64,000 nucleotides of DNA from assembly GCA_965112155.1 (NCBI GenBank), contig OZ218098.1. One strand, 5' to 3'. Of this stretch, positions 12,277-25,079 are shown piece by piece; within the stretch, counting starts at the first letter, position 1, and every line of letters begins with the position of its first letter. The notes below the pieces were generated by a model. It was not told where the DNA came from, made no database searches, and was given only the letters and a program-made list of their open reading frames with translations. Made by a program: the position numbers and the translations under genes. This DNA comes from Podarcis liolepis (lineage: Eukaryota).

Positions 12277-14139
12277 TTTAATGCATATATAGATACTTAA
12301 TATTCAACAGTTTATTAAGATTTTTTATGATCTGCCACAATAAGTAACAATAGAAGTGAAGCGTTATAAAAAGGAGCATTATAGCTAATCTTAGAACAAA
12401 ACATGAAGGTTTCTTTCAAAATAAGTAATCTTGAATGGCCCTCTATGCAGTGGCTGCAAAAAAAGAAGATGGGAAAAATCGCTATAAGTTGTTTTGGAGA
12501 TTTGGAGGTATAATCTGAAATCAAGCTAGATTTGAGGTTGTTGGTGTCTATGATATCTTCCCTGTCTTTCATCATGGAAGTTGGCTTATTTTGGTGATGT
12601 ATGTTCTGTATTATTGTATTAGCACTATTTCTATAAGTTTGTCATGACATTTGGTTAGAACAGTAAACTTATGAACTTGAATATTAAAAAAGTGTTATTT
12701 GACAAACCAGTAAGGAACCTCCCCTATCAGTGTGTGGCTTAACAGTCATATCATTCGCATTCAGGTTTCTCAAACCCCATACTCTTCCTGTCCTTTAAAG
12801 CTCACTTGGACTATAGCCTGAGCTCCAGCTATATTAACACAGTCTTCATCCTGGGAACACAGTCCTGTAAATGCCTTACCTCAAGAAGGAAAACTCCATA
12901 CATATATACCCGTCTTAATTCCAGATACTAATTATGAAATGTTGTACGTTTCCATTTTTGATATCTCCCTAAAAACAAACCCTGGAGTACTTTGCTCTTG
13001 TTTGACTGTTTAAATACATTCACCAGTTTACAAGAATGACTATAAAGTATATGAAAAAGCTAAGTGTACACCCGTGAGGCATTGCTTTGTGACTTGCAGA
13101 AACCTGTTGCCTATCCTTGTAATTTAATGATTTCTGCATTGATGTAGTTCCATCTTTAAGGAGCTTTTTAAAAAAGTGTATTTCAAGGAATCCTGTTAAT
13201 AAAGTGTCAAAGTTCTTGATTAAGATTATATATTTACCATATAATTTATTTCTTTGTTAAATTTGTACCCCACTTTTCCATCAACCAGTGCCTAACATAG
13301 CTACCAACAGTAATGACATACAATAAAATGCCAAGACACTGCAATAAAATCTGATTAAAACACATGTTGTAAGAGATGCAAACCTATATTGCCTGTTCCT
13401 GCAGCTTTTACTGCTTGCTTAGAACTTGTGCTTTCTTGAAAGGATAGAAGAAATAAGCCAGACCACACCTGCAGTGAACAACTTGGGATTCATGCCTTTC
13501 GCAGGGATTGACTTTTGTTTCTCTCGTCCCATCAGATTTGCTAGTATGATGGGAAAACTTGAGTCCCTTTTATTCTAAGCTAATGCTAACTCTATATGAA
13601 ATGGGAAGTGGAGCTTTAATTCTTGGAACTAGAATGAATTACAAGCAGCACTCATTCTCTGTACAAATCATCATTTTCATTACTTTGGGTGATGGATTTT
13701 GTCTGATAGAAAATTATTCCACTGATGATTACAGAATTGATGCATATGAGGAGACATTTGTTTGATGTAGCTTACCAATGAAGACCAGTGTAGGTATAAT
13801 GCCATCCAGTCTTCTAACTGTACTTGAGTGCCCCATGGACTTGCACTCTTTTCTCTGCCCTGCTCTTGCATGTAAAATTCCCTTCTTTAAGGTTTTTGGA
13901 GCTAACCATAATTAGTATTATGCTTTCACCAGTATTTTCACTGATCTGGATTAGCTCCAAGCTAGAGTGTGCAGCTGTAGGTAGAATAGGGTTTCAGTGG
14001 ATGGTAGGAAACAGACACGGTGTTAGGAAGTCAAAGGGATGGCAACTATTAATCAGTCAGAATGTGTAGGGACAGCAGTACCATGGACAGCTCCAAGCAA
14101 GACACCTTGCTCAAACAAGACCCACATATGTCATTAGTA

Positions 14140-14520
14140 AGGTAAAAGGTAAAGGACCCCTGGATGGTTAAGTTCAGTCAAAGGCAACTATGGGGTGAGG
14201 CACTTATCTCGTTTCAGGCCGAGGGAGCTGGCATTTGTTCACAGACAGCTTTCTGGGTCATGTGGCTAGCATGACTAAACCGCTTCTGGCACAACGGAAC
14301 ACTGTGATGGAAACCAGAGTGCATAGAAATGGTGTTTACCTTCCCGCCACAGTGGTACTTATTTATCTACTTGCACTGGTATGCTTTCGAATTGCTAGGT
14401 TGGCAGGAACTGGGACAGAGCAATGGGAGCTGACCCCATTGCACAGTTTCGAACTGCCGACCTTCTGATTGGCAGACCCAAGAGGCTCAGTGGTTTAGAC
14501 CACAGCGCCACCCACTCCCG
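14140..14520 (-). mobile_element. Sauria SINE, older subfamily
   Basis: Reverse (AAGGTA)n tail and Sauria SINE body; TSD TATG(t/c)CATTAGTA at 14127-14139 and 14521-14533. Confidence 0.92.
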
Positions 14521-15185
14521 TATGCCATTAGTATCTAAAAATGTTTAAAGCGGCGTCCTTGCACTCTTTTGCTGCTCAGTTATATATGCCCAGGTGCATT
14601 ACCTTCTTTGCCAGGTGGCAGACTGAAGATAGAAAGGCCCTTAGTGATGACAGTAGTGGTTCTTTTAAATATGTTCTGACTCAGGAGTGTTGTTCTAGGG
14701 GTTTTGACTCAGAAGGACCCATCTCAGGTGAGGTCTGGAGTTGTGTTGGGGCCTGTACCAAGGCATCTGCAATCCTTGTCTCTGCACCCCAGAGTTCTTG
14801 GGGACCTTTGCTTGCCTTCCCTCTGCCTTGATCACTGCTCAAAGCTAGTGCTATAGCAACATTTTGACAAATCATAATTAGTCTTGATGCTGATGCAGGA
14901 GTAACCCAAACCAAGCTAACTCCAAAATTCAAGGGGACATGGGAGTGAGGGGAGGAGGAAACATGAAAGGCTGTGTGGAATATGAATGTCTGTGATCAGA
15001 AGATTGCTCAATGAGCTCAATGTCATGTGTTGAAATCAACTGTGTACCATTGTCGGCTTTGTATAGCTTTTCAGTTAATTAGATGTAGACAGAGACTGAT
15101 ACCTTTTTGTAGTGATAGAGTCGCTGCTTTTGGTAGTTGCATGTGCATAGATTTTTGAACTTTCTGTGTCTGCCTTGCTTTCTAG

Positions 15186-15374
15186 CAAGCCCCACCACAG
15201 CAGCCCAGATGAGCTTGTCAAACCCAACCATGCTACGGACGCACAGTCTTTCTAATGCGGATGGCCCTTATGATCCTTACAGTGACACCCGGTTCCGGAA
15301 CAGCTCAATGTCACTGGATGAAAAGAGCAGGACAATGAGCCGTTCGGGGTCATTCCGGGATGGCTTTGAAGAGG
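15186..15374 (+). CDS. NAV2: NAV2 coding exon (ASPTT...SGSFRDGFEE)
   Basis: tttctag|CA acceptor, GAGG|gtaagt donor. Confidence 0.95.
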
Positions 15375-17221
15375 GTAAGTGAGCTGAAAATCTTTTTCAA
15401 AAGTTGGATCAAGTTTCCGATTGAAATTTGCTGGGGGATAAACTGAATCAAACATTATTAAAGTTTCTCAAGTGTTTAACCATAATGTTGATTAACATTG
15501 ACTTGTTTATATTTAAGTAAAATTGCAAATATAAAATCTAGGTGTTGTTTTTTTAAAAAATTGTTAATTGAGGTAAACAGAGGTGATGGGAATGTTTTAC
15601 TTGAGTCCTAATGTGATACTAATTTGCCTAAGACCACTATAACATTTAACCATTGCTTTCAGATGTCAACACATTCTGTCAAATACCTCGTAAAATCCTA
15701 ATGGTTCTTACTAAATAATATCCTTGCATAAATATTTGTGTCCTTGCATTTTAAGATGCACAACATTTCATAATCAACTGCTTGTTGTTTCCCTCTGTAT
15801 ATAAATGTGAATGGTGCCATTTTCTGTACCTTTTAAGAGCCTCTAAAATTCATTTCCTTTACCTTTCAGTTCAAGATGTTCCAAGTAGCAATTTCCCAAC
15901 TTGAACAGTGTAGATCTTTGTCTTCCATAGCTCAGGCTTCTTTCTCATACTGTCTGTCAGATGTGGATTGTGGGTGCCTGTCGCTGTGGATAATGATTTC
16001 ATCTGAGAAAGTTCAGTTATGGCACATGCAACATCATATTTTCAGGATTTTCCTTTGAAGTTGCAATGTTGCCTAGAAACCAGCTATTTTTCAAAAGCTG
16101 AAGTGCTGGTTTGGATTCATAACCTGTTCACCTAGTTTAAGCATTGTCTTGCTGAGAGAGATCAATCAGTTGGCTATTTCGTGCTGCAGTTCTAGGCCCT
16201 AATAGGTGGCAGTCGGGTGAAGGTGGACCGTTCAAGGAACTGCTGGTTTCTGGCTCTCAAAGAGCTCTCTGATCATCTTTGCTGCATCAGCCTGGAATTG
16301 GTGCAGTGAAAAAATTAAAAATAGTGCCCCCTCCTCCTTACTTGGTCAGCATTAGTGTCAGGGCTTCAAATATGGTGGTGGCTCTACCGCTCCATTTCAC
16401 ACTGCCAAATTTCCCAGCCAAAGTTAGAATTTGCTGTGTCCTTGTATGTATTGCAATACATGTTATAAAATTATTATGAATGGCATGGAAGAAAGCAAAA
16501 TAAATAGTTGTTTTAAGGGCATGAGTTAAGACAAAAAAATTCCTTTCCTTCTTGACTTTCATGTCAAACTATTAAATCATTAATAGGCCAATATGATATT
16601 CTGATTTGCCCTTTCCCACAAATTATGTGGACAATGCAACAGTGGCAATGAATGTATTTTTAGTTTAATTCATAATAGCATTTAAAACTATTTTCATTCC
16701 TTTGGCTATGGCACGCTATGAGAATTATAACCTGTAATAAAGGAGAAATTGAGAGCATACAGAATGAAATATGCAAAATGCTTGGCATGCCAAGATTAAT
16801 AGAAGTCCAAAAGTAGAGTAATTTAATATACAATTCTGAAGCAAGAGAAAATCACAATCAGTATTCAGATTTTCATATATATTTATACACACACACACAC
16901 TCCCGCACACACATTTAGGTCTACTAAGACGCTACCAAAATATTAGTTGTATTTGATTAATTTAAAATTAAATTACTTAAGACAGAATCATTTTCTTACT
17001 TGGGGATTATGAGCACACCATAGAATTTATTTTCCTGGAAAGGTCCCCTTACAAATAGTTGGAAATGTCTAACACAATCTTATTTCAAATTTACAAGAAA
17101 AAATTCCAAAGAAGCCAGACATAGCAGAATGGAGCTGCTACTGAAAGTGAGAACTTAATGATATATGGTTATTGGGCTTGTGAAATGTAATATTACTGTA
17201 GCCCGAATCAGGTACTCTCTA

Positions 17222-17463
17222 CAGTGGTACCTCGGGTTACAGACGCTTGGGGTTACAGATGCTTCGGGTTACAAACTCTGCTAACCAGGAAGTGGTTGCT
17301 CCAGGTTAAGAACTTTGGCCCAGGACAAGAACGGAAATCGCGTGCCAGCGGTGCAGCGGCAGTGGGAGGCCCCATTAATGAAAGCACGCCTCAGGTTAAG
17401 AACTGTTTCAGGTTAAGAACAGACCTCTGGAACAAATTCAGTTCTTAATCCGAGGTACCACTA
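17222..17463. mobile_element. Tc1/mariner (Tigger-like) MITE
   Basis: TIR CAGTGGTACCTCGG, TA flanks; same family as 37997-38238. Confidence 0.88.
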
Positions 17464-18808
17464 TATTGAGAACGCACAGGCTAGCTGTGCCCCTTTGAAA
17501 CTGAGACATATGCCAGCCACACATCCAGATGACATGTGGTCAGCATCATTCTGAAGGACAGCAGAGGTATGGATGCACACAGATGAGGCTCCTTCAGCAA
17601 GGACGGCAATTGGGATTTCGATTCCCATCCATGTAGAATGACCATACAACCAAGCCCGCTTCAGTTTAAAATTGATCATGTGTCTGCAGGTAGAGCTAGC
17701 CTGCATCTTTTCAATAGTCCCATGGGGACTAAGCTCCTGAACTGGGCTAAATTTGTATCATGCGCATAGAACCACTTCCAGTTTAAAGTTCCATTGATTT
17801 TAGTTTGTGCACTCTAAACTTGATTCAACCCATGATGTAAATTGCATATTAAACTTCTTTCTTTGTCATTGTGGAAATCGTTTTTAATAATACAGATTGG
17901 TTCTTGGGGCTTTCCCCCCTTTTGTTTGTTGTTTGTTTATTGGCACTTCCAGATTTTTATTTATTTATTTTCTTTAGTGCAATAAACACGCAGTTGTTAA
18001 GTCTTGCCTCAGGGAAGCTCTTTTTGGTTTGCTATTTTACTATTTTGCTTATTAAATTTCTATACTGTCCTTCATCCAAGGATCACAGGGCAGTTCACGA
18101 TAGAAAAAGCACAAAAAATACATAACAGAAGTAACAAACAAAAACAATACTTTATGGTTTAAAAGGCCATAAATTGCTTAATTAGCCCAAAGCCTGTGGG
18201 TGGGTGGGTGGGTGGGTGGGTGTTTTAATGTTCTACTGCAGGGATGGGGAACTTGTGGCCCTCCAGATGGTGTTGGACTGCAACTTCATCATCCTTGAAC
18301 ATTGGTTGTGCTCTTTGGACTGATGTGAGTTCAGCGGTCTCTGAAGTAGCACAGGCTACTTCATGTGTTTTATAAGAAAAGCAACATGCTGGGACCTTGG
18401 TTTGAAACGTCTTTTCTGGTACAGAGGCGGGAGGGAGGGAGGTTAAGGGGATCCTGTGTAAAAGAAACAGGATCTATAGGTTCTGTCTTGTTGCAAGGGA
18501 GAGAAGTGGGATGGCCAATAATGAAGCAGCTTGTCTCCTTGCCTCTGTACTAGTTATTGCTGATGGCAGCTTTTCAGCCACATATCTAGACATGCTTAAG
18601 GCAATTGCATTTTGCATAACACAGCTTTATTGTGTACTCATAACATTAGAAGAAAGTTCTTTTTACAGCAAAATCTGTTTCTAAACCAGTTGAATTGTTT
18701 ACTTTGCAATAGCATATTTTTTGTATTTCCCCCACTTTTATCCCCCTTGAAAAGACTTCCCCAACTTGGTGCCCTCCAAATGTTAATAGACTACTACTAT
18801 TGTGTCCC

Positions 18809-18895
18809 TAGAATCATAGAATTGTAGAGTTGGAAGGGACCCCAAGGGACATCTAGTCCAACCCCCTGCAATGCAGGAATCTCGGCTAAAGCATC
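18809..18895 (-). mobile_element. CR1 LINE 3'-end fragment inside a MITE remnant
   Basis: tagaatcatagaattgtagagttggaagggacccc is the reverse CR1 tail; matches the 40550-40620 region. Confidence 0.7.
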
Positions 18896-19479
18896 ATCTG
18901 GAAGGCACCAGAATGGGGAAACCCGCACTAGAGAAAATGTCAAAATATATTCATTTTTTCCTCTTTGCTGTCTTAATATGAGTCTTTACCTATATTAACA
19001 CCTAAATATTCAGCCTTCTTTATTTATAAAACCTTTTAACTCCCTTTTGCTGTTTATGCTTCAGGCCAACCATATGGTGAAACTGGACTGGTCAGTTTAA
19101 CCTTTACTTTGTCTGCTTCTCATCATCTTCTGTTTCATTTTTCATGCACTATCATAACTTTGTAATGTATGAAACATAAGAGGCAGGCAAATGTTTACAT
19201 CCCAATAATGATTTTTTAAATTTTAAAAAAAGCTTTATTTTGAGATCATTTTTGGGTATGCTCTGTATAATGCTTCCATTTATTTCAGCTTACTTCTTGA
19301 CACTTCTGCAAAGATTTTTTTGAGTAAATATGTTTATGACTGGTGATGCAATTTTTTAATAGGCTGCTGATGAAATGTTAAACCTGCTAGCAGCATCCAC
19401 AGTGAATTATCTGCTGTCATTTACTGTGTTGTACACAAGGAATCAGTTGAGCAATTTGCTTATTTTATGTTTCCTTTAG

Positions 19480-19532
19480 TGCATGGATCCTCTCTCTCTT
19501 TGGTTTCAAGCACATCATCTATTTACTCAACG
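19480..19532 (+). CDS. NAV2: NAV2 coding exon (VHGSSLSLVSSTSSIYST)
   Basis: ttcctttag|TG acceptor, ACG|gtgagt donor; conserved navigator motif HGSSLSL. Confidence 0.93.
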
Positions 19533-19779
19533 GTGAGTGTCATAAAACGGAAATGACTATCTTAATGCTCAGAATTGGGCACACAAAATGTTAAACATAC
19601 TTAAATTGCACCAAAAGAATTTCTGTGCTTAGCAGTGCCCTTACATCCTCTTGCTTTCTATGATACTTAAGCATGTGAAATCATCTAATTTCCTCCCTTT
19701 GTTTTTGGACAATATTATTTGGTATCAAATAAATAATCCATATGACTTTAACACAAGCATTTTTAATTCTTTTTTCCAG

Positions 19780-19803
19780 CCTGAAGAGAAATGTCAGTCA
19801 GAG
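19780..19803 (+). CDS. NAV2: NAV2 24-nt microexon (PEEKCQSE)
   Basis: tttttccag|CCT ... GAG|gtaagg; phase 0-0; peptide links YST to IRKLRREL. Confidence 0.92.
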
Positions 19804-19833
19804 GTAAGGAAGAGTTCCTTTTCTTTCATATTA

Positions 19834-20122
19834 CAGTGGTACCTCGCAAGACGAATGCCTCGCAAGACGAAAAACGCGCAAGACAAAAGAGTTTTCCGTT
19901 TTTTGAGTCGTTCCGCAAGACGAATTTCCCTATGGGCTTGCTTCGCAAGACGAAACGTCTTGCGAGTTCTTGCGAGTTTGTTTCCTTTTTCTTAAAGCCG
20001 CTAAGCCGTTAATAGCCGCTAATAGCCGCTAAGCCACTAATAGCCGTGCTTCGCAAGACGAAAAAACCGCAAGACGAAGAGACACGCGGAATGGATTAAT
20101 TTTGTCTTGCGAGGCACCACTG
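19834..20122. mobile_element. Tc1/mariner (Tigger-like) MITE with internal CGCAAGACGAA repeats
   Basis: TIRs CAGTGGTACCTCGCAAGAC / GTCTTGCGAGGCACCACTG; TA TSD; CpG largely intact. Confidence 0.9.
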
Positions 20123-21551
20123 TAGTAATCTTTCCACCTTCAGTGGCAGGCACACTTAAAAAATAACATGTCTGGCATTCATGGTGGCAATAGTCTCAGC
20201 TTTTGTAATCAATGACCCTAAGACAGTGTTTTGCAGTATCCTGGCCTTTTCCATATGTTTTTCCCACATGAGTAAATCTCTTCTTGCCAACTCCCTCCTA
20301 TATGCAGAACTGTGCATGTAAGAGGGCTGTATGTACCCAGTGTCATAAATGGTACACAGACTGGCTCATACAAAAAAAAGGTTCTTGCATATTTGTATTT
20401 CTTGGCCTTGAGAGTTACATTAAGTTCGTAGGCTAAGAAAAGGCTATTGTACTTATTGATGTCCGCAGTTCATCACTGGTCTTAGATGTTTTCAGACTCA
20501 GTTTGGCACCCATTATTTTGTGTTTCCTTTTCCAATTTCCAGGCTGTTCATTTTCCAGACCAAAACTAGACTAGACACACTGGAATTAAAGGCACTGAAC
20601 AGCCTGGCCAGCTACTGTACAGTAATATTACTCCCCATCTTCAAGTGTAAACTTTTGTTTCAGTGACAAGAGCTGGGGGAAGACTAGAAAAATGATGGAG
20701 TTCAAACCATCACTTCAGTTCAAGCAATCCTTCAGTCATGGTCAAACAACATACCTTAGGAATCTCTGGCCCTGCCTCAGCAAAGAACTGGGCATGGGAT
20801 CAATACTTACCAGTTCCTGCTGGAGAGAGAAAACCCACCAGTGTGTATGCTTTGCAGTATTCTTCACACTGTTAAGTGTGTGTTGTTTGAATTTCCTTGT
20901 TGGGTTTCTTTTTTAGTGCTTATCTCAGTTTTCTACAGACCTTATCATCTAATTTGCATGGTGTGTGTATAGCTGCTTCCTTTGTGTTTTAAAAAACAGT
21001 GTGGAGGCCCAAGTGTTCTTTTGCAGCAGTGGTGTGCCATTTCAGTTTGGCACCAAATTCAAGCCACACTTCTGTCAGGTGGGATTGATTGTGCTCAAGA
21101 GCTCCCATTCACACTTCCCAAATGAATCTGATCCCTGCCAAAATCAGCACAGCTTCCATTTGGCACCAGATTTTAAAAACACCAAATGCAAGGCATGGCT
21201 GCAAAGGAACAATCTGAAGCACAGTCTTAAGCCACACAAGCCCAGTTGTTCCTTTGCAACCTCAGCTCACATTAATCGCTGTTTAAATTTGGAGCCAAAT
21301 GCAAATCCAGCTGCTTTCGTGGAGGGTTGGGCACTATTTGATCCAGCCCTCTGCCAAAAAGTCATTCCCAACCTCTGCCTACTAGTTTATGAATATTGTC
21401 ATTTCAAGTTTGGTCTGGATATGGATTCCTGTTTACATTTTCCTCTCTCATCTTTTTCAAAAGCAGGTAGATACGTTTTCTCATTTTTGTGTAACTTAAT
21501 TTTGAAAATTCTTTCATCAAACAAAATATTCCTTTGAAATATAATACTTAG

Positions 21552-21626
21552 ATTCGCAAGCTAAGGAGGGAGTTGGATGCATCCCAAGAGAAAGTCTCGG
21601 CTCTGACAACACAGTTGACTGCCAAT
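21552..21626 (+). CDS. NAV2: NAV2 coiled-coil exon (IRKLRRELDASQEKVSALTTQLTAN)
   Basis: cttag|ATT acceptor, AAT|gtgagt donor. Confidence 0.95.
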
Positions 21627-21639
21627 GTGAGTACAATAC

Positions 21640-21640
<1 letters not shown>

Positions 21641-21692
<52 letters not shown>
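21641..21692. repeat. Compound (GATA)7(GACA)6 microsatellite 15 nt after a donor site
   Basis: Read directly. Confidence 0.95.
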
Positions 21693-21694
<2 letters not shown>

Positions 21695-22917
21695 AGCAAT
21701 CTGGTGATAAACAGTGAGCTGGTTTATAAGAATTTCAGATATAGTTTGGTATCAAAAATACATTAACTTTTAAACATAATACATTTTAGACTAACTGTGG
21801 GTGGTATCCAAATAATGTGTCCCATTACTGTGAGTATTTACGCTTGTGCAGCAGAGTCTCTCCCCCTCCTCTCCCTGTGTCCCCCTAAAACTGTTCTAGG
21901 GGCTCCCCAAGCCCTCTAGTAGATCTGGGGGGGCATAGGGTGGGGTGGTTGTGTTGATCAATTAATTAATACAGTACTAATTAACACCCACTAAGATATT
22001 ATCCTTGGAACAATTGTCAAAGAGCAACATGTTTTGATCCTTTGGGCTGGTTTCACATCAACTATCCAAATCTAACAGAGAGATCACCTTAATCAGCACT
22101 CTGGAATGTACTAACTGTTCCCCCTTTAAATGCCTCTTTTCCTACTAATATTTGAATTGAGACTCTTCGCTGGTTCTTTGAATTGTTGGCAGATCTTTTC
22201 AAGCGGGAATTACTCGCTCCAGTATTTTTTAAGTAAACATTTTAGCTTCATAACACATGTAGTCAATTCTAAGCTTGTTTTATTTTCTCCCATTTTTTTC
22301 TCACTTGTTCAGCCAGGCTTGTTTTTATAGGGGCCAGAGGGAGCAAGAGCCACATATCCCAGTGTTATCATACTCTTCATGGTTGTTTTCACGGTGAATG
22401 TGAGAACAGTTAGTTAGGTTAAGGCAACTATGTGCTGATGATGAACAATGCTGGAATGACTGCACAAGGCTTTACTGTACCACATCGATACGGGATAAAT
22501 ATTTGTCATGGCTTTTCCTTAGCTTGGAGGAAGTGGTTATAAAGTTGCCATCCTAAGCTGATTCACCATGTATAAACATACCTGAGGCCAGAAGAGACTT
22601 CATAGGTCAGTTTATGACACTTTGCTATGACTGATTGGAGCAGTTACCACAGCTCCAAGCCAGGAACTGCAAGCTCATGGCAGGTGACACTTAGACCCAG
22701 ATGCAGAAGCATCAGTGGCTATTTTGTGGCTACTTAGTTTGATGGTTTTGTCATCTCAGGAATGTTAGGTTTGCCAGGTTTCAATTGTCTGTGCTGTTCT
22801 TTCTTGACTAGCTGGTTGTGGATTACATTCTGCATGTCGTAATGTTATCTTCTAGATTATTCTGCAAACAGTCTACAAAGGTACAGTCTTGATTGTGTAA
22901 TGCAATTCAACTTACAG

Positions 22918-23001
22918 GCTCACCTCGTGGCAGCATTTGAACAGAGCTTAGGAAATATGACCATTAGACTACAAAGCCTTACCATGACAGCAGAACAGAA
23001 G
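22918..23001 (+). CDS. NAV2: NAV2 coiled-coil exon (AHLVAAFEQSLGNMTIRLQSLTMTAEQK) with a GC donor
   Basis: cttacag|GCT acceptor; ends AAG|gcaagt; frame matches the next exon. Confidence 0.93.
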
Positions 23002-23399
23002 GCAAGTCTGAAGCTCCCTTGTACATTTTTCATGAGCATAGATTCCATAGTAGAACTTTTAAAACTGGGTTCGCAGTAAAGTGATGTCTTTGGGATTGGG
23101 CTGCAGAGTAAAGCAAAACTTCTCAGGCATCTATATGCTGCTGACGTTCCAGTGACAACTGAGTATAAACTTTCTCTCTGGGGTTAGTGGTGGGGTGAAA
23201 ATGAGGTATTAGACCATTTGCACTAGCAACTAAACGTTATCTGGTGACACTAGTTCCTATTCCCTGCACTTTCTTGAGTCCGTGTTTTAAACCTGACATC
23301 CTGTCTCTCATCGTTTTCACAAAATGAGCATGTCAGTGCCTGTACATTAGAGGGGTCGCAGAGACCAATTATGCAATGACTGGAAGCAATAAATACTTA

Positions 23400-23555
23400 T
23401 TTCAGTTGTATCCTGTTTTTCCTCCAAAGAGCCCTAAGCAGCTTCCCTCTGGTTCCCAGGTGGTCTTTTATTCTCAAGAGAGTTTACAGGACCAGACCTG
23501 CTTAGTTCCAGCAGTAGAACACCAACTGATGTCTTCAGGCCGTATTCTGGGCTAA
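23400..23555 (-). mobile_element. Degraded 5S rRNA-derived SINE
   Basis: Reverse strand reads ctaagcaggtctggtcctg...gaccacctgggaa, resembling the 5S internal promoter region. Confidence 0.45.
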
Positions 23556-23867
23556 TATTACACTCCCTTAGTATTTTATTACTATTAATTTAGCTTTTTT
23601 GCATGTGTTTGTAATATATATGCAAACTACAAATAATGCATTTTCTATGAATTTTATCTTGTACAGTCACACCTCAGGTTACGAATACTGACCACTGCTC
23701 AGGTACTAGATTCAGACTCACCTTAGAGTCCCCATTAAACATCCATCCAGCTTGACTGCATGGTCTCAACTTTTAGTGCTGTACAGGCTGCTTGGCCACT
23801 CTTTGGAGAAAATCCAGAGGCAACATTCATTCATTCGTTTGTTTGTTTGTTTTTGTGTGTGTTGCAG

Positions 23868-23979
23868 GATTCAGAACTGAATGAGTTAAGAAAAACTATT
23901 GAACTACTGAAAAAACAAAACGCTGCTGCTCAGGCTGCCATAAATGGTGTAATTAACACACCTGAGCTCGCCTGCAAAG
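23868..23979 (+). CDS. NAV2: NAV2 coding exon (DSELNELRKTIELLKKQN...ELACK)
   Basis: gttgcag|GAT acceptor, AAAG|gtaaag donor. Confidence 0.95.
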
Positions 23980-24392
23980 GTAAAGGAAAGATTTCAGCCT
24001 TCCCTTTCAATAACAGTGTAATGCTCTGAGGGCATTCATCCCCTTGGTAATAGCTGATGCAAAGTTTTGCAGAGTTCTTTTTCCAGAGATAGGCTATGTG
24101 TTTAATCATCAAACTGAACTTTATTTCTTGCAGTGGTAGGCCTATTGTTACTAATACTGTTTATAGACTTGTAGCTTGGGAATCCCCACAGTATTACAGT
24201 AGAGTCCCTTGCTGCAACCCACATCTCCCTAGCAGTTTCTTTTCCAGTGCCACAGTCCCCATACCCAGTAGTCAGCATTGCTTTGCCTCTTCCATTGAAC
24301 ATAACCACCACTGCTCTGTTGTTTTAGCAGTCAAGATTCACTTCCTGCTCCATCACCCACATAGTGATGTTATTCTGCCATGCTAGGATAGT

Positions 24393-24500
24393 CTTCTTTC
24401 TTCTTCTTTGGCAATTAATCATGGCCAAGTAAGGTTGTCTTCCATGAACACTGTCTTAATGATGTGTCCGTAAGTGACTATGGAGGCCAATTCTGGATCC
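24393..24500 (-). mobile_element. Short 3' fragment of a LINE, probably RTE clade
   Basis: (CTT)-like tail on + strand; flanked by CCATGCTAGG at 24378-24387 and 24499-24508. Confidence 0.5.
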
Positions 24501-24573
24501 ATGCTAGGCTATAGTATGGCAGGAGGAACAGAGATTCAGTGATTAAACTCTCCAGATATTTTGGCTACAACTA

Positions 24574-24745
24574 CCGTATTTTTCCGTCTATAAGACACCC
24601 CCATGTATAAGACGTCCCCTATTTTGGGGGACTCGGATTTAAGAAAGTGGGGGGATGTATCTGTCTATAAGACGCCCTAATTTTGACATTATTTTTTAGG
24701 GGGAAAACCTAGTCTTATATTAGTCTTATACACGGAAAAATACGG
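24574..24745. mobile_element. Tc1/mariner (Tc2-like) MITE
   Basis: TIRs CCGTATTTTTCCGTCTATAAGAC / GTCTTATACACGGAAAAATACGG; TA TSD; internal TATAAGAC repeats. Confidence 0.88.
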
Positions 24746-24933
24746 TACCATGTGCCCCAGCCAGTACCAGCACAGGACTATTATAGTTCTCTGGGCTGGC
24801 TATGAAGAAGGTGGGGCAGGCAATTTTGATTGCATGTGATAGCAAGGGGCAGCAAGGGAGAATGTCCATGTATAGGAAGAAAAAGGAAGATGCCATTTCT
24901 GAATGCATTTAACTAGGTTTAATTACCATGTAG

Positions 24934-25079
24934 GAAGTGGGACGGCGCAAACCACTGATTTGCGGATCCGGAGGCAGCACTCCTCGGACAGTGTCTCTAG
25001 CATTAACAGTGCAACCAGCCATTCCAGTGTGGGAAGCAACATAGAATGTGACTCCAAGAAAAAGAAAAGAAAGAACTGG
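24934..25079 (+). CDS. NAV2: NAV2 coding exon (GSGTAQTTDLRIRRQHSSDS...KKKKRKNW)
   Basis: catgtag|GA acceptor, TGG|gtatgt donor. Confidence 0.95.

Noticed and set aside
19834-20122. Short regularly recurring repeats that could suggest a CRISPR array
   Set aside because: The repeats are ~11 bp, irregularly spaced and in both orientations, inside TIRs with a TA TSD in a vertebrate intron. This is a MITE.
20965-21537. 190-aa + strand ORF
   Set aside because: Intronic, non-ATG start, no recognisable domain, and it does not fit the NAV2 reading frame.
21530-24935. Pyrimidine-poor acceptors (21552, 22918, 24934) suggesting U12-type introns
   Set aside because: None of the matching donors has the RTATCCTT minor-spliceosome consensus.
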